Origin: Rhizaria sp. SCN 62-66
Taxonomy: Eukaryota
Length of the DNA stretch: 20,000 nt
Assembly: GCA_001724265.1 (NCBI GenBank)
Contig: MEDY01000133.1
Location: forward strand, 47,541 to 67,540
Direction of reading: 5' to 3'
The notes beneath the pieces are model-generated. The model searched no databases, had not been told where the DNA came from, and saw nothing but the letters and a program-made list of their open reading frames with translations. Positions within the stretch are counted from its first letter, which is position 1. The number at the start of each line of letters is the position of its first letter. The position numbers were made by a program, and so were the translations under genes. Shown piece by piece: positions 11,801-20,000 of the stretch.

Positions 11801-14800
11801 TCGGATACGCATATCAACAACGTTCTCGGTGAGATCACTGCGAGTGACCGTGCGAGTGTGCCGAAACAGTGGCATGAGGCGCATTGGTGGTCCTTTGTGT
11901 GTCCGCCGTCGCAGCGGGAGCAGGAGCAGCATTACTACATGTTTCACTATAAGACACGTCCCTGTGCTGCGTTTAAGCCGCCTTCCATCCAAAACAACGC
12001 CAACGCTGCTGCTGGTAGCACTGACAATAACGACAGCGCTATTGCTACTGCAACTGAACGCGAGCAGCAGCAACAGCAGCAGCTGCCGCCGCAGCAGCAG
12101 TGTTACTGCTATGGCTTCGGCTACCACCGCGACGAGGAACGCCGCCGTCCTCCTTTCCCCCACGCCACTCCCATCCCGTGCCCCAAAGTCAAGCCACCTG
12201 TCGCCCACGGCGCCGCGGCCGCGCAGGCCGGCGGCGGCGGTCCTCAGGTCGGTGGCCAGTCAGTGTGGGGAGCACCTGGGTTCAGCCCCGTTGACGGCAC
12301 GTGCCACCACGGAGTGAGCGGTGCGGGTAGTCTGAGCGGTGTCATCACGAGCAGTGCGAGTGGTGCTGTGTTGCACTCGATTGCGCCTGTTGCTCCCCCT
12401 TCTGCTGCTGCTGCTGCTGCTGATGCTGATGACCAAAAGCGTCCGGACGCTGTGGCTGCGGACATTGAGACTTCTGCTCCTGCTGCTTCTGCTGCTGTCC
12501 CTCCGGCGACCACGAATCAGATACAGAGCCAGTGTGCATTGGCGCACACGTTCTTGGAAGTCATGTACCACCCGTCGCTGTACAAGACGACTCTGTGCTC
12601 TTTCTTCGACGCGACGAACCCTGCCCGCGCACAGTGCGTGTGGCGTCGCCGCTGTGCGCACGCGCACGGCTACGGCGAGCTAAGGGGCAAGGAGGCGGCT
12701 AAGGGGGAGTGGGCTGCGTGGGTAAGCGCGAGTCTAAGTAGCCACGGTCACACTGGGAGCGTTTCCGGTGTGAAGAAGAGCGTGGATGTCACCACGGGTA
12801 CCACGGGTTCTGCCGCAGCCGCCACCGCTGCTTTAGAACCGGTGATGGTGCCTTCTCCAGCTGATGCCACCAACGCCAACTCCTCTGACTCGGTGGCTGT
12901 GACCACCCCGACCGCGCCTTCCGACGCCGCCGTCGCGCCCACCGCTGCCAAGAGCACGATCCTCGCTGCGCCGCCGTCGCCCGCCCTCTCCAGCCGCACC
13001 GGTCTGCAAGCACAACAGCAGCTGTCGAGTGCGGCAACGTCGGGCGACGCGGCGGCTGCGGCGATGGCGATGCCCCGGTCGCCGCCGCAGAGCACGAGTA
13101 GGCCGCCGACCAGTTCGACCGCGTTTGTGCCCAAGGGCGGCGGTGGCAGCGGCAGCAGCTCTGCAGGCGCTGCAGCTTCGGGTGCTGCAAGTTTAAGTGC
13201 TTCCCGCCACCAGTCGTCTAAGGGTCACGCCGTGCCGAAGGGCGGTGTGCCACCTGCACTGCAGATCAACTCGCCCAACAAGTCGCCCTCGAACCTGCAC
13301 TTACACTCGCATCTGCAGCAGCCCCAGGGCCAGCAGTCGCATGGGCAGGGGCAGGGGCAGGGACAGGGACAGGGGCAGGGACAGGGACAGGGGCCGCCGC
13401 CGCCGCTGTCGACGCGTACCGTGGGGTACTTCGCGTGGGGATTGACTCATGGCAGTCAGCTGCCCCAGTCACAACCGCAGCCTCCGCAGCAGCACCATGT
13501 CGCTCAGGGGCACTTACAGCAGGGGCACCTACAGCAGGGGCACTCCCAGCAAGGGCTCTTACATGCGCCGAGTCAGAGTCACCTCCACTTACACGCGCAA
13601 CCACAGCAACAACAGCCGCGGGCGCAGCAGCCGCAGCAGTATGTGCATTCTAGCGCTCCTGTCCCTGCCCCTGGTCACGGTCACGCTGCTCCCCACGGTC
13701 ACCCTCACGCTCACGCTCTCGGTCACGGCCAAGGCCCCAGCCATGGTTATCATCCGAGTGACCCTGCTGCCGCCGCCGCCGCTGCTGCTGCCGCCGCTGC
13801 TGCTGCTGCTGCGGGCGGCGGCACCGTCTACGCCCACGGTAACCCGCACGGCCACCCTCCCCATATTGGAGATCCGGGGGTTGTCGGCGGGACCTACATC
13901 GCTCCTGGCGGCGCTACTTACATCGCCCCCGGCGGTGCTACTTACATCGCCACGCAGCCTGGCCAGCCGCCGCACCACGTCCAGCACGTGTACTTCTCGC
14001 ACCCGCCTGCTCACGGTCAGTACTTACACTACCCCCCCGAGCACTTACACCCGGCTCACCCAACCTCCGCACACCCACACCCACATACGCTTCAACATCA
14101 CCCCTCTCATCAGCAGCAGCATCCGCATCAGCAGTACGCAGCGCCCTTGGCAGCCGCCGGTGTGTCGTCCAGCAGCGATAGCGGAGCGACGACCCCTGTG
14201 CCAGTGATGCAAATGCCGGTGATGGCGTACGGCGTGCCGTATCCTGCTGGAGCCCCGCCGGTGTCTGTGGTGTCGCACGGTCACGGTCACTATGTGCCAG
14301 CGCACGCCCACAGTCTCGCTCACGGTCACCCTGCTGCAGCCTTGACGGCGGCCGCCCACGGCCAGCCTGTCATGTTAGCGCATCCGCCGTCGCAGCCTCA
14401 GCAGCAGCAGCAGCAGCAGCCGCAGCAGCAGCCGGAGTATCTGCACTTGCCACATCAAGTCGTGCTGAACCACCAGCAACTGCAGCACTTGCAAGCGCAA
14501 CAGCATCAACAGCACGCGCAACAGCAACAGCAACAGCAGCAGCAGCCTCAGCCTCAGCCTCAGCCTCAGCCTCAACAGCAGCATCAGCGGTATCCGCAAG
14601 GACAGCAGCAGCAGCAGCAGCCGCCGGGGGGTCAAAGCGGCAAGAAGCAAGGCGGCGGCCGTGCCGGCGGACAGCTGGCAGGCAGCGCTAGCCTCAACAC
14701 CAGCAGCGCCACTATGCGCTCTCTGCCACCGGCCCCGTCGGCCGCAGCGCCGCCGATTTCGCGCTCGCTCGGTTCCCCCAAGACTAGCCAGGCGGGTCTC

Positions 14801-15796
14801 GCGGGCGCTCACGCCAGCTCCTCCTCTGCTGCTGCTTCTTCTGCGACTTCTTCTGCGGCGGTGAATAGGCCGGTGCAGCATACGCTCTCTAAGCCGCCTC
14901 TGCTCACGGTCTCCACGGTCAGCGGCGGCGATCCTTCCGCAGTCACGGCCGACGACGACCTCACCGCGAGCGCCGCACCGCAGCAGCCGCAGCAGCAGCA
15001 GCACGCAGCCACGTCCGGCTCAGCCGCGGCGAGTGCGCTGCCTATCGTGACTGGACTGGGGACTCAGGGCCTCGTGTCACCGGCGACGGCGTTAAGCGTG
15101 GTGCATCGTCATATGTACCTGTTTTCACCGACTCAGCCGTCGCAGAAACCGCAACAACAGCAGCAACAGCAGCAGTAGCAGCAGCAGCAGCAGCAGTATA
15201 GCGCTGCGGGTGTGTCGTCTTCGTCTCTGTCTCCGCATCCTCGCGCACATTTACACTCGCACGCGCACACGCAGAATTCGCACTCGTACTCGCAGCAGCA
15301 GTCATACTCGCAGCCGCAGTCGCAGCTTTCGCCGCCGCCGCAGCAGCAGCAGCAGCACGTGCATGTAAAGCAGTCACAACATCAACAACACCATGTATAT
15401 TCTCACTCGCAATACCTACACCCTCAGTATCCACACCCTTACACTCATCCCGGCCAACGGCAACAACAGCAGCAACCGCAGCAAGCGCAAGCGCAGCAGC
15501 AGTCGCAACAACAGTACCACGGGCACGGGCAGCAAGGGCAGGGACAAGGGCAAGGACAAGGGCATGGACTGCACCAACAACACCAGCGTGCCGTCAACTA
15601 TAGCAGCAATCCGAGCAACATGAGTGCTCTGGGTGGTGCAAGTGGTTTGGCTGGTCGGCGTCCCTATAATAACAGCAACAACAACAATTCTAGTCAGCAA
15701 CAACAGCATGCAGCTTCAACGAAGGCTGTGGCTGCTCTCTCAACGACGACGGCGACGTCGACGACAGCAACGCCCTCTAAACAAACCCAACAGTAA
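5023..15796 (+). CDS. unk: Giant Unkempt-like CCCH zinc-finger RNA-binding protein (9 fingers), 3 exons, ~3467 aa if TAG 5086 and TAG 15176 are read as sense
   Basis: Exons 5023-6152, 6382-6538 and 6680-15796; introns 6153-6381 and 6539-6679 both start GTACGT. Splicing rebuilds HNYIYYFRTRLC..CPLDRNECSDAH..LRRQPLLDL..YSAVPC..CPFGAHCPFSH..ESAYHPSVFKSQMC..CAAYGKHCSKAHSPAELR. Further clusters: LHYQTRVC..CFDTH..LRRVP..YYPVRC..CTHAHSGEEVVYHPSKYKTQLC..FCARAHSQSDLR and YYMFHYKTRPC..GYHRDEERRRPP..CPKVK..CALAHTFLEVMYHPSLYKTTLC..CAHAHG..ELR, all typical of Unkempt. The conservative standard-code model is ATG 5695 to TAG 15178. Confidence 0.8.
5485..5541 (+). repeat. (GCT)19 trinucleotide tract encoding polyalanine
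   Basis: Perfect GCT run in frame with exon 1 of the Unkempt-like gene; the imperfect tract extends from ~5449. Confidence 0.95.
6153..6381 (+). other. Intron 1 of Unkempt-like gene (229 nt, phase 2)
   Basis: TA|GTACGT...TTTAG|C rebuilds a TAC codon giving YIYYFRTRLC; AT-rich. Confidence 0.88.
6539..6679 (+). other. Intron 2 of Unkempt-like gene (141 nt, phase 0)
   Basis: CTC|GTACGT...T-rich tract...TTGCAG|GAC; contains in-frame TAA 6647-6649. Confidence 0.85.
7481..8060 (+). repeat. Multiple CAG/CAA polyglutamine tracts (further tracts at ~5798-5829, 8845-8890, 14398-14620, 15152-15196)
   Basis: In-frame CAG/CAA runs visible directly. Confidence 0.9.
13343..13393 (+). repeat. GG(G/A)CAG hexamer tandem encoding (GQ)n; G-quadruplex-like G-tract array
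   Basis: gggcaggggcaggggcagggacagggacaggggcagggacagggacagggg. Confidence 0.85.
13892..13951 (+). repeat. 24-nt tandem repeat (2.5 copies) encoding TYIAPGGA
   Basis: acctacatcgctcctggcggcgct / acttacatcgcccccggcggtgct / acttacatcgcc; differences are synonymous. Confidence 0.85.
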
Positions 15797-18264
15797 CAGC
15801 AACGACAGGCACCGCAATAGCACATACAGACACATAAACAGTTCCGGCGAACTGAATTGTGTTACTATTTATTGCGTGTCTATTTATTCCACGTTTCCCC
15901 CCTTCTTAGTTGTTTGCTTGGATGGTGTGATCCCGCTGTGTCTTTCGTGCTTTTGTACAAAAATAACGTCTTTTGTTTGCGTAACAAGACTGGTTTTTTT
16001 GTTCTTTGGTCGTAAAATCACGATTTTTGATTGATTCAAAATTCATTTTTCTTTTCTCTTTTCTTTTCGTCTACCTTCGCTACCCCATATGTGTTTTATG
16101 TCTGCAGTGCAGCTGTATAATGCTTATCACTACCCTTGTCGACGTATCACGCGTACAATATGTTCCGTTTTAACTTTTATTTTTGAATGCAAACGTGCTT
16201 AGTATCACATAACCTTAATCGTAACTATAACTCAAGATTTACTCACACACAGTGCTTGACATATCCTGCGTATTACTGCTTAACACACAAGAACAGTCTC
16301 ACGTGTGTATGTAAATCCAATTTTCTTTTCCTTTCCCCCCTCTCGCCCTCTGTTTTTTGGTTTGTCCTCACATCTTATACTCTTCGTGTTTTTTTTCTTG
16401 TCATAATATTTTTTCACGACAATTTACCACTTTCTTTTTGTTTCTTCATATGCCTCTATTTTCATTTCTCATTGTAACGACTTATAATTAGATTAAAACA
16501 ATTAATTATAGATCAAACAAGCACTCCATCTTTCGTGAATCTTTGTGAAACGTGTTTTTCGCCCCCGTGGTCGTTTCGTGATGTTCTTTCCTCTTTTCGC
16601 TTTCGCTTGGTTTTTTTCAGTTCAGCATGCTTAACAACGCGATCTGCATGTTTTTGTTCGCGTTGGTCTTGTTGCTTAACTTAAGACGCCTGCCATTTCA
16701 TCATGTCTCGTTGGATTGTATCTCCGCGCTATACTTCTCTAGACACTCAGTGAAAACCAACCACAGAACTTTCGCAACGTAACAAGTACGCATGCGAACG
16801 TGCTTTCGTTGTGATTATAACTGGAGCTATAGAAAATGGCACGAGCTGTTTCAAAATGCACTCGTTTTAGCAAACGCTCGTGTCATATAGCATAACGCTA
16901 GGTGATTACTTTTATCAACAGCTTTGGCAAAGAGCTTATGACGACATGTAGGTCCTTGTGTGACTGCGTGTGTAGTCACGGCTTGCTGCAAGAGTGGATG
17001 TGTGACAAACAGGCAGGACGTTAGCCCCCTAGTTCCTCTTCCTCGCTCCTCTTCTTTCGTCTCTTCTTGTTTTGATGTTTCTTCTTGTTTCCGGAATTAA
17101 TTTTTTCAACATTTTTTTTTATGTGTTAAACGACTGAAACAAACGTGCTTTGACGCAATATTCGTTCTCCATCTCCCAAACAACACCAACATTCACGCAC
17201 TCATAGTCACAAATTCCGTGGCAAGGCAGTCACATTGTTCGAAGTGATCGCAGTTATTGTTCTCTGCTCACAACCGATCCTGTGTGATCACTGCTGCTGC
17301 TGTCACTGCCGTTGCTATCAACCGTCTGTGCCTGACTTGCCTTCGCTACTAATGCTATTGTTAGAGCGTCTTCCTAATCTATGTTGTTCTTTGTTGGTGG
17401 TTGCACACGAATGCCAATCTGTATGCGCCGTAGCACGCTTCTTTCTAAACCCCCCAAATCTTTTTTCTCTCTCATCTCTCATTTTTGTGTTTGTCTTTTT
17501 TTACATTCATCTCTCTATTGTCATGATATCCCTTCTCATTTTGTCTTCTGCCCATACTCTTCTCAGCTACACTTCTTCCTTCATCCGTTTCTTATAATAT
17601 TCCGCTTGTATCATCACTATCACGTAACACACACCACCACCATTCTATCCCCCGAAACAAGAGCAATAGTACAACACTCGCTAAATAGCAATGTCAATAC
17701 ATCTCATTTTGTCAAAGAACTTAAAACGCATAGCAAACCGCAGTACACTGTACTGCTCTTGAATGAAGCGAAGCGTGTGAACATCAATGATTGAAGCTGG
17801 AGTAAATAGATGTATTATATTATATTATATTACGATAAAGTAATGCTATGAATAGTGAAACTAAGAAATTATAACGTTGACGAAATCAAAAACAAAAAGA
17901 GATATGAAAAAAAATAGATCGAGAGAGAGAAAGTACAGTAACACTGACATCAACAGTCCCACTCAGGGATACATTGAGAATCAGCCTTACCGATTACTTC
18001 TTCTTAAATACACCACGCATATCAATACCCACGCACTAATCAGCACTCGTAACACGCATATACGAGTGAGGTTGTGGTGTGATTTATATCTAGATATGCA
18101 CGGGCCAGACTGTTTCACATGAACAGTCCAGGAAAAAACACACAGCACAGCACAAGCGCTGCGGCGGCGGACACACAGGGAGGACACGTGGCGGCCGAAA
18201 TTCTGAAGCACCCGTCACGCCTGCTTGTTGTCTTGCTTGTTGTCTTGCTGACGTGCTGATGTAC

Positions 18265-19967
18265 TTACTTGTTGACGTTGTTGACGAAGCGGCTGCCAGC
18301 AGCGAGACCACGAAGCGCAACAATGCGCGTGCTCTTAGACGCAGTCTTGCGCGCAGTGGGGTCGAGAATGCGCTTGCGCAAACGGAACGACTTAGGGGTC
18401 ACCTCAATCATCTCGTCGTCGCGGCAGTACGCGATCATCTCTTCCAGGGTCATGCGCTTGGGGGGAGTAAGGCGAGTCTTCTCCTCCTTAAGCACGGAGC
18501 GGACGTTGGAGAGCTGCTTGGCGCGCACAGGGTTGAGCTCGATATCCTCCTAGAAAAGCATTAAGTAAAACACAAAAGGATATGTTTGACGGCGAAGATG
18601 TGAGGGCTTCCGAATAAAACTTAAGACATAGCTCCGTATATGCATAATACAGTTTCACGTTGAAATGTAAGATATATGCGATTTGTTGATGCTATTACGT
18701 ACCTGACGGGAGTTCTCGCCGATGACCATGCCGCGGTAGACCTTAGTGCCCGGCTCAACAAACAGGGTACCGCGGGACTCGCAGCCTTCGAGCGCGTACA
18801 GCGTGCACGGTCCCTCCTCGGTGGAGATGAGGGCACCCTTGTCGGAGCGCTCGAGCTCACCGCGGAAAGGCACGTAGTCGAGGAAAACGGTGTTGATGAC
18901 GCCCTGGCCGCGGGTATCGTTCATGAACTCACTGCGGTAACCGAGGAACCCACGGGTCGGGATGTGGAACACGAGACGCACACGTCCGTCGCCGAGAGGG
19001 TTAAACTCCTTCATCTCACCGGACCGCTTCGAGAGCTTCTCAATGACGGAGCCAGACATGGGCTCGTCGACATCCACGGTCACTTCCTCGATCGGCTCGA
19101 GGAGGTTGCCGTCCTTGTCCATGTCGAAAACGACCTAAATTAATATGAGAGCGCAAGAAGAACAAAGCGAAGTTGAAGATGAACAAAAAGCCAACAATGA
19201 GTCAAATAGATAGAGATAGAACTTTTAGAGCTTGAAACTTAAGCAAACAACGAATGAACAATAAATACACATGAAAAATCACTAAATAAGACTAGACAAC
19301 TGTGATATATGTGTGATACATTCCACATACCTGCGGGGGGCAGACGGCGAGCTCGGCGCCCTCACGGCGCATCGTCTCGATAATCACACCCAGCTGCATT
19401 TCACCGCGTGCGTGCACCTCGATCTGCTCGCGCGACTGGCCGGGCTGGAGGCGGATCGACACGTTGTTCTCAGCCTCACGCTGCAGACGGAGGCGGAGCG
19501 CGTTGGACGTGAGGGTCTGACCCTCCTGGCCGTTGAGCGGGGAGTCGTTGACAACGAAGGTCATTGACAGCGTGGGCGGGTCAATGGGGATGGAGGGGAT
19601 GATCTCAGTCACGGACGGGTGGCACAGCGTCGAGTTGACCGTGGCCTGATCGAACCCGGCAAGCGAGATGATATCACCGGCGTGGGCCTCCTCAACGACG
19701 AAGCGGTTCATGCCGCGACGGCGCAAGATCTTGAGCACCTTGGTGGCCTCGAACTCCTTGCCCGTCTCGTCCAGCGCCTTGACGGCGTCGCCAGGACGAA
19801 CGGAGCCCGCAGTGACGCGGCCGATGAGGCACTTACCGAAGTAGGGATCGGACTCGATCTGCGTCACGAGCATCTTGAACGGGGCGTCGCGGTCAACCTT
19901 GGGCGGGTTGATGTGGTTCAGAATGGCGTCGAAGAGAGGGTGCATATCGCCGCCCTGCTTGTCAGCG
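18265..19967 (-). CDS. typA: TypA/BipA ribosome-associated translational GTPase (nuclear-encoded, probably organellar), 3' part; 5' exons outside window
   Basis: Exons ~19967-19331, 19134-18703 and 18549-18265 (introns GTATGT..TAG 196 nt and GTACGT..TAG 153 nt). Motifs: DPYFGKCLIGRV, PPTLSMTFVVNDSPLNGQEG, ARGEMQLGVIIETMRREGAELAVCPPQV, LEPIE, PTRGFLGYRSEF, VYRGMVIGENSR, KQLSNVRS, DEMIEVTPKSFRLRK. Stop TAA. The upstream boundary of the first visible exon is uncertain. Confidence 0.93.
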
Positions 19968-19977
19968 CTGTCAAGGT

Positions 19978-20000
19978 CACACACACACACACACACACAC
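19978..20000. repeat. (CA)n microsatellite, runs off window end
   Basis: cacacacacacacacacacacac. Confidence 0.95.

Noticed and set aside
15176-15178. Pyrrolysine at TAG
   Set aside because: Not known in eukaryotes; the polyQ context points to Gln; no pyl genes in the window.
4999-15709. Numerous antisense and alternate-frame ORFs (polyL, polyC, polyS, polyR)
   Set aside because: Shadows of GC-rich trinucleotide repeats in the real CDS; no recognisable domains.
17235-17794. Cys-rich/hydrophobic ORFs
   Set aside because: Arise from a short TGC repeat and T-rich tracts; non-ATG starts; no supportable exon structure.

Overview
Eukaryotic nuclear DNA, probably a protist or fungus-like microbe; the lineage cannot be assigned from this window. 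Exons are GC-rich and the 8 inferred GT-AG introns are AT-rich and 122-229 nt long. There are four genes: (1) the 3' end of a cytoplasmic dynein intermediate chain (WD40, +); (2) a 5-exon hotdog-fold PaaI/THEM4-like acyl-CoA thioesterase ending in the PTS1-like tripeptide ARL (+); (3) a giant (~3467 aa) Unkempt-like CCCH zinc-finger protein with nine fingers in three clusters, embedded in polyQ/polyA/His-rich sequence (+); (4) the 3' part of an intron-containing TypA/BipA GTPase (-). Main observation: the Unkempt-like frame carries two in-frame TAG codons (5086 and 15176, the second inside a CAG/CAA polyQ run), each with coding-like sequence on both sides, while the other three genes and this extended frame end in TAA. 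This fits TAG-only stop reassignment (probably Gln) or readthrough, but nonsense mutation or sequence error is not excluded. Also notable are a recurrent frame-independent exonic motif (CTAAGTACCCCCTTA/ACTTAC) and a strict GTACGT 5' splice site.
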